NCBI GenBank assembly: GCA_038087875.1
Contig: JAXLNO010000530.1
Coordinates: forward strand, 1-39,763
DNA length: 39,763 nucleotides
Source: Malacoraja senta
Lineage: Eukaryota
Direction of reading: 5' to 3'
Position numbers and translations under genes: made by a program
Part shown: piece after piece, positions 10,095-21,700 of the stretch
Layout of the letters: each line of letters starts with the position of its first letter
Numbering within the stretch: position 1 is the stretch's first letter
The notes under the pieces: model-generated
What the model saw: only the letters and a program-made list of their open reading frames with translations
What the model was told of the DNA's origin: nothing
The model's database searches: none

Positions 10095-10626
10095 CGTAAG
10101 AGGGAGCACATAACGTCTATTCTGGCCTCCCTCCACTGGCTGCCTGTGTACTTTAGAGTTCATTTAAAGATTCTTTTATTTGTTTTTAAATCTTTAAATG
10201 GTCTCGCCCCGCCTTACCTCTCTGAGCTGCTTCATCCCTACGCTCCTGCTCGGTGCCTCAGGTCAGCTGATCAGCTGCTCCTGGAGGGACCGAGGTCTAA
10301 GCGGAAGCTCAGAGGGGATAGAACCTTCTCTGTTGCTGCTCCGGCATTATGGAACACTCTACCTTTGCACATTAGACAGGCCCCTTCACTGTCCATTATC
10401 AAAACTAGTCTTAAAACCCTTTTCTATTCCTTGGCTTTTGACCCCGCATGAAACTTTGCTCCTGTTTTAGTGTTTCTATTGTTTTTTTTATTGTTTTTAC
10501 TGTCTTTTAATGTTTTTATTGTTTTGTTTTATGTTTATGATTAGTCATGTACAGCACTTTGTTGCAACAGTGGTTGTTTTTAAAGTGCTCTATAAATAAA
10601 GTTCAGTTCAGTTCAGTTCAGTTCAG
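10095..10626 (+). mobile_element. L2 LINE 3' end
   Basis: Translates to REHITSILASLHWLPVYFRVHLKILL...GDRTFSVAAPALWNTLP...LKT, a typical L2 ORF2 C-terminus, followed by AATAAA and a (GTTCA)n tail. Confidence 0.85.
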
Positions 10627-10920
10627 CTCCAAGAACTTAATATGTTCCTCTGACTCTTGAGATTCCTCCTTATCCCTTTCTAAAGATACATCATGTTATT
10701 CTGAGAAATGTGCTTGCCAAGACCATGGCATCTGCAGTTTTAGTCTCCTGATCTTAGGAAGAATGTTCTTGTTATGGAGGGAGTGCTGTGAAGGTTCATC
10801 AGATTTCAGGGATGGGAGGACGAATGTATGAAGGGCGATTTGGGCGATTAGTTTTACATTGTGATTAGGACCATTCAAAATCAACTACAACATTCTTATG
10901 GGTCTGTACAGATTGAAGAG

Positions 10921-11195
10921 AGTCAAGATTGTTTTATTGTCATATGTCCCAGATAGTATAATGAAATTCTTACTCGCTGCAGCACAATGGAATATGTAAA
11001 CATAGTACATGGTAAACAATATGAAAAACGAGAAAGAGAAAAACAAAATCAATGTGCACATATATATATATATATATATATACACATAGTCACAGGTACA
11101 CACACACACACACACACATATATGTGTAGAAAAGTACGCATACATATATTCAAGAGGGAAATCCGGTCAGTTCAGGACCCAGTGGTCACAATCTG
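10921..11195 (-). mobile_element. Rex1/Babar-type LINE 3' tail with embedded (TA)n and (CA)n
   Basis: Begins with TTTATTGTCA (AATAAA on the minus strand), has the same architecture as 26808-27240, and sits between CR1-like pieces at about 10735-10900 and 11200-11430. Confidence 0.45.
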
Positions 11196-11644
11196 ATGAT
11201 CAGGCTTCAAGTTGAGATGAAGAGCGATTACTTCTCCCACAGAATGATGAAGGTGTGGAATGTTATACCACTGGAAGCAGTTGAACACAGATCATTGAAT
11301 TTATACAAGGAGTTATATGTTATTTGTATGGTCAAAGCATCAGAGAAATAAAAGGATCAAGGTATACATTTTAGGTCACAATTGATCACATGGAATAATA
11401 GTTGAGGCTCAAATGCCTGAATTCCTATTACTTTTATATTCTACATTTCAACATTTTTGTATTTATCGTGGCCACATTTCCTCTGCATCGAAGAACATGA
11501 TAACTGGGATGCTTAAAAGGAACCGAGACCCTGGTGCCAATGCCTTTTTGCAGATAAGACAGATGCATACATTGGTTTGGTGTTCACAAAGCGAGGACAA
11601 ATCAGAAATAATTTTCTGAACATGCCATTCATTGCTATTTCAAT

Positions 11645-12173
11645 GTACTTACCCAAGAAGAGGAGGGCAATATTAATAGGGGACTCTATAGTTAGGGGGT
11701 CAGACAGGCGATTCTGTGGACGCAGTCGGGAGACCCGGATGGTAGTTTGCCTCCCTGGTGCCAGGGTCTGTGATGTGTCCCAACGTGTCCAAGACATCCT
11801 GAAAGGGCAGGGAGAGGAGCCCGAGGTCGTGATACATATAGGTACCAATGACATAGGTAAAAAAAGAGAAGAGGTCCTGAAAGGAGAATTTAGGGAGTTA
11901 GGAGGGGAGTTAAAGAGAAGGACAGCAAAGGTAACAATCTTGGGATTACTGCCTGTACCACGCGACAGTGAGAGTAGGAATGGAGCGAGGTGGAGGATAA
12001 ATGCATGGCTGAAGGACTGGTGCAGAAGGCAGGGATTCAAATTTCTGGATCATTGGGACTTCTTTTGTGGAAGGTTCGACCTGTACAAAAAGGATGGGTT
12101 GCACTTGAACCTGAGGGGGACCGATATCCTGGCGGGGAGATCTGCAAAGGCTACTGGGGAGACTTTAAACTAG
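11645..12173 (+). CDS. CR1 ORF1 C-terminal SGNH/GDSL esterase domain (N-terminus missing)
   Basis: SGNH blocks IGDSIV, HIGTND and DGLH are present in ORF 11577..12173. The first about 20 codons of that ORF look like flanking DNA. Confidence 0.85.
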
Positions 12174-15100
12174 AATGGTTGGGGGGAGGGACTCAAATAG
12201 AGAATGCTATTAGACAGTGTGTGAGGCAGGAGGCAGAGAAGGAAAGCACTCAGACCCAACATGTAGGGGGGAAAGAAGAAAACAATAATAAACAGAGAAT
12301 AAGAGGTGGTGGGGTTCTTAAATGGGTGAGCAGAGAAACAGAGGGGTGTAAAATGCGGGCGGAAGCAATAGGTAGCAAGGTGAAAGGTAAAAGTGGCAGG
12401 CAGACAAATCCAGGACAAAAATCAAAAAGAGCCACTTTTCAACATAATTGTATAAGGGGTAAGAGCGTTGTAAAAACAAGTCTGAAGGCTTTGTGTCTCA
12501 ATGCAAGGAGCATTCGTAATAAGGTGGATGAGTTGAACGTGCAGATAGCAATTAATGATTATGATATAGTTGGGATCACGGGGACATGGCTCCAAGGTGA
12601 CCAAGGCTGGGAGCTGAACATCCAGGGATATTCAATATTCAGGAGGGATAGAGAGAAAGGAAAAGGAGGTGGGGTGGCGTTGCTGGTTAGAGAGGAGATT
12701 AACGCAGTGGAAAGGAAGGACATTAGCTTGGAGGATGTGGAATCGGTATGGGTAGAGCTGCGAAACACTAAGGGGCAGAAAACGCTGGTGGGCGTTGTGT
12801 ACAGGCCACCTAGCAGTAGTAGTGAAGTTGGGGATGGCATCAAACAGGAAATTAGAAATGCGTGCAACAAAGGCAAAACAGTTATAATGGGTGACTTCAA
12901 TCTACATATAGATTGGGTGAATCAAATTGGCAGGGGTGCTGAGGAAGAGGATTTCTTGGAATGTATGAGGGATAGTTATCTAAACCAACATGTAGAGGAA
13001 CCAACGAGAGAGCAGGCTATTCTAGACTGGGTATTGAGTAATGAGGAAGGGTTAGTTAGCAGACTTGTTGTGCGTGCCCCCTTGGGCAAGAGTGATCATA
13101 ATATGGTTGAGTTCTTCATTAGGATGGAGAGTGACATTGTTAATTCAGAAACAACGGTTCTGAACTTAAAGAAAGGTAACTTTGAGGGCATGAGACGTGA
13201 ATTGGCCAAGATTGACTGGCAATTAGTTCTAAAAGGGTTGACGGTGGATATGCAATGGAAGGCATTTAAAGACTGCATGGATGAACTACAAAAATTGTTC
13301 ATCCCAGTTTGGCAAAAGAATAAATCAAGGAAGGTAGTGCATCCGTGGATAACAAGGGAAATCAGGGATAGTATCAAAGCAAAAGATGATGCGTACAAAT
13401 TAGCCAGAAAAAGCAGCATACCAGAGGACTGGGAGAAATTCAGAGACCAGCAGAGGAGGACAAAGGGCTTAATTAGGAAAGGGAAAATAGATTATGAAAG
13501 GAAACTGGCAGGGAACATAAAAACTGACTGCAAAAGTTTTTATAGATATGTGAAGAGAAAGAGATTAGTTAAATCAAATGTAGGTCCCTTGCAGTCAGAA
13601 ACAGGTGAATTGATCATGGGGAACAAGGATATGGCAGACCAATTGAATAACTACTTTGGTTCCGTCTTCACTAAGGAAGACATAAATAATCTGCCGGAAA
13701 TAGCAGGGGGCCGCGGGTCAAAGGAGATGGAGGAACTGAGTGAAATCCAGGTTAGTCGGGAAGTGGTGTTGGGTAAATTGAATGGATTAAAGGCCGATAA
13801 ATCACCAGGGCCAGATAGGCTGCATCCCAGAGTACTTAAGGAAGTAGCTCCAGAAATAGTGGATGCATTAGTGATAATTTTTCAAAACTCTTTAGATTCT
13901 GGAGTAGTTCCTGAGGATTGGAGGGTAGCAAACGTAACCCCACTTTTTAAGAAGGGAGGGAGAGAGAAAACGGGGAATTACAGACCAGTTAGTCTAACAT
14001 CGGTAGTGGGGAAACTGCTAGAGTCAGTTATTAAAGATGGGATAGCAGCACATTTGGAAAGTGGTGAAATCATTGGACAAAGTCAGCATGGATTTACGAA
14101 AGGTAAATCGTGTCTGACGAATCTTATAGAATTTTTCGAGGATGTAACTAGTAGAGTGGATAGGGGAGAACCAGTGGATGTGTTGTATCTGGACTTTCAG
14201 AAGGCTTTCGACAAGGTACCACATAAGAGATTAGGATACAAACTTAAATCACACGGTATTGGGGGTTCAGTATTGATGTGGATAGAGAACTGGCTGGCAA
14301 ACAGGAAGCAAAGAGTAGGAGTAAACGGGTCCTTTTCACAATGGCAGGCAGTGACTAGTGGGGTACCACAAGGCTCAGTGCTGGGACCCCAGCTATTTAC
14401 AATTTATATTAATGATCTGGACGAGGGAATTGAAAGCAACATCTCCAAGTTTGCGGATGACACTAAGCTGGGGGGCAGTGTTAGCTGTGAGGAGGATGCT
14501 AGGAGACTGCAAGGTGACTTGGATAGGCTGGGTGAGTGGGCAAATGTTTGGCAGATGCAGTATAATGTGGATAAATGTGAGGTTATCCACTTTGGTAGCA
14601 AAAACGGGAAGGCAGACTATTATCTAAATGGTGGCCGATTAGGAAATGGGGAGATGCAGCGAGACCTGGGTGTCATGGTACACCAGTCATTGAAAGTAGG
14701 CATGCAGGTGCAGCAGGCAGTGAAGAAAGCGAATGGTATGTTGGCCTTCATAGCAAGAGGATTTGAGTATAGGAGCAGTGAGGTTCTACTGCAGTTGTAC
14801 AGGGTCTTGGTGAGACCACACCTGGAGTATTGCGTACAGTTTTGGTCTCCAAATCTGAGGAAGGACATTATAGCCATAGAGGGAGTGCAGAGAAGGTTCA
14901 CCAGACTGATTCCTGGGATGTCAGGACTTTCATATGAAGAAAGACTGGATAGACTTGGCTTATACTCGCTAGAATTTAGGAGATTGAGAGGGGATCTTAT
15001 AGAAACGTACAAGATTCTTATGGGGTTGGACAGGCTAGATGCAGGAAGATTGTTCCCGATGTTGGGGAAGTCCAGGACAAGGGGTCACAGCTTAAGGATA

Positions 15101-15289
15101 AGGGGAAAATCCTTTAAGACCGAGATGAGGAAAAACTTTTTCACACAGAGAGTGGTGAATCTCTGGAACTCTCTGCCACAGAGGGTAGTTGAGGCCAGTT
15201 CATTGGCTATATTTAAGAGGGAATTAGATGTGGCCCTTGTGGCTAAAGGGATCAGGGGGTATGGAGAGAAGGCAGGTACGGGATACTGA
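11990..15289 (+). CDS. CR1 ORF2: apurinic-type endonuclease plus reverse transcriptase
   Basis: Uninterrupted ORF with LNARS, MGDFN, KSDHN, QGSVLGP and FADD motifs. The true start codon is uncertain; the APE domain begins near 12480. Confidence 0.93.
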   Translation: MEDKCMAEGLVQKAGIQISGSLGLLLWKVRPVQKGWVALEPEGDRYPGGEICKGYWGDFKLEWLGGGTQIENAIRQCVRQEAEKESTQTQHVGGKEENNNKQRIRGGGVLKWVSRETEGCKMRAEAIGSKVKGKSGRQTNPGQKSKRATFQHNCIRGKSVVKTSLKALCLNARSIRNKVDELNVQIAINDYDIVGITGTWLQGDQGWELNIQGYSIFRRDREKGKGGGVALLVREEINAVERKDISLEDVESVWVELRNTKGQKTLVGVVYRPPSSSSEVGDGIKQEIRNACNKGKTVIMGDFNLHIDWVNQIGRGAEEEDFLECMRDSYLNQHVEEPTREQAILDWVLSNEEGLVSRLVVRAPLGKSDHNMVEFFIRMESDIVNSETTVLNLKKGNFEGMRRELAKIDWQLVLKGLTVDMQWKAFKDCMDELQKLFIPVWQKNKSRKVVHPWITREIRDSIKAKDDAYKLARKSSIPEDWEKFRDQQRRTKGLIRKGKIDYERKLAGNIKTDCKSFYRYVKRKRLVKSNVGPLQSETGELIMGNKDMADQLNNYFGSVFTKEDINNLPEIAGGRGSKEMEELSEIQVSREVVLGKLNGLKADKSPGPDRLHPRVLKEVAPEIVDALVIIFQNSLDSGVVPEDWRVANVTPLFKKGGREKTGNYRPVSLTSVVGKLLESVIKDGIAAHLESGEIIGQSQHGFTKGKSCLTNLIEFFEDVTSRVDRGEPVDVLYLDFQKAFDKVPHKRLGYKLKSHGIGGSVLMWIENWLANRKQRVGVNGSFSQWQAVTSGVPQGSVLGPQLFTIYINDLDEGIESNISKFADDTKLGGSVSCEEDARRLQGDLDRLGEWANVWQMQYNVDKCEVIHFGSKNGKADYYLNGGRLGNGEMQRDLGVMVHQSLKVGMQVQQAVKKANGMLAFIARGFEYRSSEVLLQLYRVLVRPHLEYCVQFWSPNLRKDIIAIEGVQRRFTRLIPGMSGLSYEERLDRLGLYSLEFRRLRGDLIETYKILMGLDRLDAGRLFPMLGKSRTRGHSLRIRGKSFKTEMRKNFFTQRVVNLWNSLPQRVVEASSLAIFKRELDVALVAKGIRGYGEKAGTGY

Positions 15290-16553
15290 GTTGGATGATC
15301 AGCCATGATCGTATTGAATGGCGGTGCAGGCTCGAAGGGCCGAATGGCCTACTCCTGCACCTAATTTCTATGTATCTATGTATCTATGTAAGATACAAAA
15401 AAATAATAATATATTAATCTATATTTAAAAATGTTTGGATAAAATAAACAAAACACGGTGATCGAATGTCCCTGGGTAAGTCGTTCACACCCTGCCCTCC
15501 ACCCCTTTGAGAAGTGGCTGAAGGGAGATATTAAAATACATAAAGCTTTTAAATGAATCACTATGGTGAAAACATTTCCACCATAAAATCCAGCAGGGAA
15601 TTCTACAGAGAATGCTCCCTCTCCTCCCCTCCCACCCAATACTGATGAGAATGAGGATCCAGATCAATGAATTGCATTTAGGGGAAGGCTGGGCAAACAC
15701 AAAAGAGAAAAGAACAGTCGGTTCTACATTGGAGAATCCAGCACAGACTTGCCAACCATGTTGCAGATCGCATAAGGTGGGAAGAGGCTCATGTGGACCA
15801 TATGCACCAGTATTGGCAGGATCGGCAGAGTGGCCTGTTCCTACACACTTGTCTCCACTGCAACCTTGTATTACTTTGACTGCCAATTCATTTTTGATCA
15901 TTTTGTTCCCATTCATTCTTTAAAAAATACAAAATCAACTTTGGCGTAAGATAACTGTGATTGATGCTGTTGCAAATAAATGGAGGCCCTACATTTTCTT
16001 AACAACAATTTAATTTTGCGCCTTGCATATTATATCTTTCATGTTATATCTTGCATATTCCATATATCTTGCCTTTACTTCGCAACATGGCCACTCTAAA
16101 ACAGGGTGCAATCCAATGTATTTACTTGGATTTCATGCCAATCTATTTCCAAAAATCTTATACTCAATGGTCTATTCATCAAGCACATTCTACAGGCAAC
16201 TATTATTGGGTGAAATCTCAAGAGCAGAACTTATACCAAATGAGCCACATAAAATTAACTTGATCACTGTGCCACCAATCACTGTGGACAATTTTATATT
16301 CATATGGATGATAAATTCTTTGCATTAGATTAGAAATGTACAAAGTACATACAATCAAGACTTTTTGACATCATCAAATAACCAAACGTTATGTAACAAC
16401 ATTTATTGGTGCTGTGTCTCAGACTAAATGCAGTGTTAAAACAAAATATATTCTATCCAATAATGACTGTAGCTAATGGAATCAGCAACTAAAAACAGAA
16501 GACTGAAAGCATTCAATGGCTCAAGCAAATTATTGGGACAAATGGTTGATGAC

Positions 16554-16569
16554 ACAAATAGGGTCAAGA
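16554..16569 (+). repeat. Left target-site duplication of L1-A (ACAAATAGGGTCAAGA)
   Basis: Exact 16-bp match to 23014-23029. Confidence 0.93.
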
Positions 16570-16721
16570 GAGACTTCCGGTGGCGCTATGGAGGCTTGAG
16601 TCCAGCGCCAACTAGCTCCGTGCCGAAGAAACTAAAAACGGGAGAAAATCGGGTCTTACCTGCAGCGATCGCGATCTGAACGGCTGCCTGCGTGACGTCA
16701 TCAGGCGCGCTACTTTACGGT

Positions 16722-17762
16722 ATGTCGTTACAACGTACCCCCACCCGGGTGACACAAAAAAAAGACGTTAAAGGGAAACCGCAGATGGAAGAGGAAGGCC
16801 CTACAGAGGCCTCGGCCTCAGTTACAACGACGGCCCAGGAAACCCAGGAAGACCCTCCGAAGAAAATGAAACAGAAAAAGTCTGAAATGGAGGATCTTAA
16901 AACCTTTCTCGCTGCCGAAATGAAAATCTTTGGAGAGAATTTTAAAGAGCAACTCGACTCTTTTAAGGTAGATTTTAAAGCAGAAATGCATTCTACCGTT
17001 CAACAAATGCTGGAAATCTGGAAGAGGACGAGGGAGGAAGAGGTCAAGGATCAGATGGAAGTGCTGGAAGCCAGGCTCGTTTCGGTGGAAACGAAGGTTA
17101 AAACGGAGGTGGACCCCATTCATCACGTACTTGATCAACATAGAACAGCGATAACCGAACTTGAGAAATGGGCGGCGACAAGTGAGGAAACTGTAAGTTG
17201 ACTTCTTACTGAAAACCAACGCCTCTCCGATATGGTGATCAAATTAAGTGATAAATGTACCGATTTGGAGGGGCGTCAAAGACGTAAGAATCTAAGAATT
17301 GTAGGGGTGAAAGAAGGAAGTGAGAGGGAAATGGGCACTCGGGATTTTGTGGCAGACCTATTACAAAAAGCCTTAAAATTGGATCACAAACCTTCACTCG
17401 GTCGAGCTCATAGAGCGCAGCGATGTCGTACACAAGACGATGCCCATCCAAGACAAATTATTGTAAAGGTGCAACTGGATCATGAATTTGACGATATAAT
17501 GAAGAAAACTGTTCGAGGCGGACAACTCCATTTTGAAGGTGTGAGATTCAGTATTTACCGAGATTATCCGGCAGAAGTCTTCAAGAAAAGAGCGCTGTTC
17601 ACTGAGACAAAAAGAATACTGAAGAATGTACCTGATTTGAGATACGGCTTGCTTTATCCCGCAAGACTAAGAGTCTCCCACAAGTCCAAGGAGCACATTT
17701 TTACAGACCACGAAAAAGCACTGGAATATGCCAAAGAAGTCGGTAACATGACCATAGACTGA
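16722..17762 (+). pseudogene. L1-A ORF1 (coiled coil plus RRM/CTD), one premature stop
   Basis: ORFs 16692..17201 and 17232..17762 are in the same frame, separated by TGA at 17199-17201. Motifs LEGRQRRKNLRIVG, RAHR and YPARLRV are present. Confidence 0.85.
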
Positions 17763-18774
17763 AGAATTTACATTACTCCTTAGGAGTCAAGGACCAACAG
17801 GACTGCCAGATTTAAAAGGACCTTTAAAGTTCTTTTAAGAGCTTTAAGGACATTCGGAAACCGAAATGGACGGAGGACATTGGATAAAACCGTGATCTTT
17901 GTAATTTTTTTTAAAAATAAAAATTTTTTTTTTTTGTTTTTTGTTTACTAATCATTATTATTATCTGTATATTCATATCTAACTATATATGTAACAACTA
18001 ATACTTATTAAATATCCATATTACCATTAAAATTATTAACATTAATATTTCTCATAAAAATTTAATACTGTATATGATTGATAACAATGATTAATAATTA
18101 ATAGTCTTCGATTAACGTAGAAATGAATTACATACTTATATTATATAGGAAGATATGTAAGAGGTAAATTAGCCTACGTCATAATAAAGTTTGACGGTTT
18201 TTCTCTTTATTTTTCAATTTAAAATTAAATTTATAGATTTAGCGAAAAAATTAATATGATATGTAGAGAATAATAACGTTGTGAATTTTTGCTGTTCTGC
18301 AGGGTTACGTGCTTATGTATGTATACATATGGGTATATATATATATATATATATATGTATATTGTGTGTGTGTACGTATGGGTATGTAAATAAGTTTGTT
18401 ACTCCCAAAGAAATTATTTGAATGTTAGAAATAATCTTTTTTTTTCTTCGGGCACGGAGCTGGGAATTTTTTTTTTCTTACAAAGGCTACGGAAGTCTTT
18501 AGAATTCTAGCCACGTTTGTGTGGCTATCACTAACTACACTAATTGTAGATGTAGTTCTTTTTCTTTCACCCTATACTAATCAACTCTATCACTTTTTTC
18601 ACTTTAAATATTTTTATAATTTAATGTTTGAATGGAAAAATAAGACTAATACAAGGAGATGTGTTCGGAAGAGCGATGTATATGATTTTAAATTCATCTA
18701 TTTGAGGTTCGGGAGCAGGGTCAGGTTCTCTGTGTTGTACCTTCTGCTCGGTTATAGACCACCTTAGAAACAAT

Positions 18775-21700
18775 ATGCAAGATGTTAATATGACAAGAGG
18801 GGGTCAGGGAATAACATTTTGTAGTTGGAATGTCAAGGGAATCAATGAACCAATTAAGAGAGGTAAAGTTTTGGCACATCTAAATTTAATCAAAACAGAT
18901 ATAATATTTCTTCAAGAAACACACCTTAAAAAGGAATCTCAACATAGACTTAAAGCTAAGTGGATCGCTGAATCATATCATTCCTCCTTTTCCCACAAGT
19001 CCAGAGGAGTTGCAATATTAATTCGTAAAGGAATACCTTTTACGAACTCTTCAACAATAGTGGATATTGATGGTAGATATATTATATTAGTTGGAGAGTT
19101 AAATGGAGAAAAAGTGATTCTTCTGAATGTATATGGGCCTAATTTTGATAACCCAATGTTTTTTAATAAAACATTTAATAAAATTCCTGAATTTACACAA
19201 TATAAATTAATAATTGGAGGAGACTTCAATTGTACATTAGATTCATACTTAGATAGATCATCAAGGCAAAAAAAAGTAAAATCTCAATCAAGTGTATTTC
19301 TAAATTCATTTATTAATACCTCTAATATTAAGGATGTCTGGAGAATAGAAAACCCAACTGGACGGGAATATTCATTTTACTCACCAGTACTTAAAACATA
19401 CTCAAGAATAGATTATTTTTTAGTTGACTCTACGTTTATCCCATTTATTTATAATTTAAAATACCATAACATTATAATCTCAGATCACGCACCTGTAACA
19501 TTCATGATTAAATTGAATGGAATGTCCGAGAAACAAGCATATTGGAGATTTAACCCACAAATTTTGAATGAAAGATCATGCCAGGAACATATTATTAAAC
19601 AGATTCAAATATTTTTTGAGGTAAATGACAACCCTGACACACCTACTTCTCTTATGTGGGAAACGTTTAAAGCGTTTGTTCGAGGTACATTAATTTCTGC
19701 TCAAGCATTTTATAATAAAGAGAACAGGATTAAGCAACAAACATTGGAAAGCGAAATCAAGCAACTAGATATAGAAAATGCGAGAATGCCATCTACTTTA
19801 AAACATAATAAAATTGTTGTATTGAAATATAAATTAAATAAAATGTATTCAGAACAAGTAATAAAACTTTATCAAAAAACCAAACAATTACATTTTGAAT
19901 TTGGAGACAAACCACAAAAATTATTAGCACGTCAGTTACGAAAAATGGAAGGGGAAAAAATAATTCATAAAATTAGAACAGAGACAGGAGAATTATTAAA
20001 AATGCCCAAGGACATAAATGATAGATTTCTCCAATACTATTATAACCTTTATTCAACTAAAACCGTAGCACAATCAGAAGGAATAGCAGATTTTTTACTA
20101 AAATGTAATTTAAAAGGTTTAGATTCAAACGATAGAGAATTATTAGAAAGGGAGATTACGATAAAGGATATTGAGGCGTCTATTGGTTCTTTAAAAAATG
20201 GTAAAGCAGTTGGACCAGATGGTTTAGGCTCCGAATTTTATAAAAAAATTTATGATTTGCTTTGCCCACGTTTACAAAGACTGTATGAATATATCTATAC
20301 TCAACAGAAACTTCCAGACACTTTAAATGAATCCATAATAACACTTATTCCTAAAGCTGATAAAGATCCGGGAGACCCGGGATCATACAGAGCAATTGCA
20401 CTTTTTCACACAGAGAGTGGTGAATCTCTGGAACTCTCTGCCACAGAGGGTAGTTGAGGCCAGTTCATTGGCTATATTTAAGAGGGAATTAGATGTGGCC
20501 CTTGTGGCTAAAGGGATCAGGGGGTATGGAGAGAAGGCAGGTACGGGATACTGAGTTGGATGATCAGCCATGATCGTATTGAATGGCGGTGCAGGCTCGA
20601 AGGGCCGAATGGCCTACTCCTGCACCTATTTTCTATGTATCTATGTAAATACAGATCAGAAAATATTAACTAAAATACTAGCGCATAGATTAAGTACAGT
20701 GATGAATAAATTAATACACCCTGACCAAACAGGCTTTATTCAGAAACGGTACTCATATTATAATCTAAGAAGATTATTTAATATTATATATTCCAAGAGA
20801 ATTATTAACGAAGATCTAGCAATAATCTCACTTGACGCTGAAAAAGCATTTGATCAGGTGGAATGGTCTTATTTATTTTCGGTGATGGAAAATATGCAGC
20901 TAGGGGAGAAATTCTGTACATGGATAAAACTGTTATATACAAATCCCACGGCTAGAATATTTACAAACCAAAGGTTGTCATCTAAATTTAGCCTATCTAG
21001 AGGTTGTAGACAAGGATGCCCGTTATCTCCATTATTATTTGCGCTTGCTATTGAGCCACTGGCAGAAAGAGTTAGGGGGCATCCGGAAATACATGGGTAT
21101 AACACAAAGGACACAGTGAATAAAATTTCTCTATACGCAGATGATGTATTAATTTACATTACAAAACCAGAAATTAGTATTCCAAACTTATTAAAGCTAA
21201 TAACCCAATTTGGTTCACTTTCAGGATACAGAATAAATTGGAATAAAAGTGAAATTATGCCAATAAGGGAACATAACAAACAGATAATACAACAATTTCC
21301 ATTTAAAATAGTAAATGAAAAATTTAAATATCTAGGTATTTATGTAACTAAGAGATATACATCATTATTTAAAGCAAATTTTCCCCCATTACTGAACAAA
21401 CTACATAAGAATATTCAATACTGGAAAACACTTCCTATCTCAATGGTTGGCAAAATTAATGCTATAAAAATGATTTTTTTACCGCAAATATTATACCTTT
21501 TTCAGACAATTCCGATATATCTGACAAAAAACTTTTTTTTAAAACTGGACTCTATTGTTAATGATTTTATCTGGGATTATAAGAATCATAGGATAAACAA
21601 AAGACACTTGTGTAAATCAAAAATAAATGGAGGCTTGGTTTTACCCAACTTTTTGTTTTATTTCTGGGCTGTTAATATTAAAAAGATGAATTTCTGGTTG

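Larger units (their letters stand above)
11645..15390 (+). mobile_element. Young CR1 LINE, 5'-truncated within ORF1, with open ORF2 and (CTATGTAT)n-like tail
   Basis: ORF1 esterase remnant, 1099-codon ORF2 and a 3' UTR ending TTTCTATGTATCTATGTATCTATGTA. Confidence 0.95.

Noticed and set aside
11577-11644. N-terminus of CR1 ORF1
   Set aside because: It looks like AT-rich flank in frame by chance. The upstream ORF1 domains and 5' UTR are absent, and no TSD was found.
15642-15700. CTGATGAG as a hammerhead core
   Set aside because: No stem II followed by GAAA at a suitable distance.
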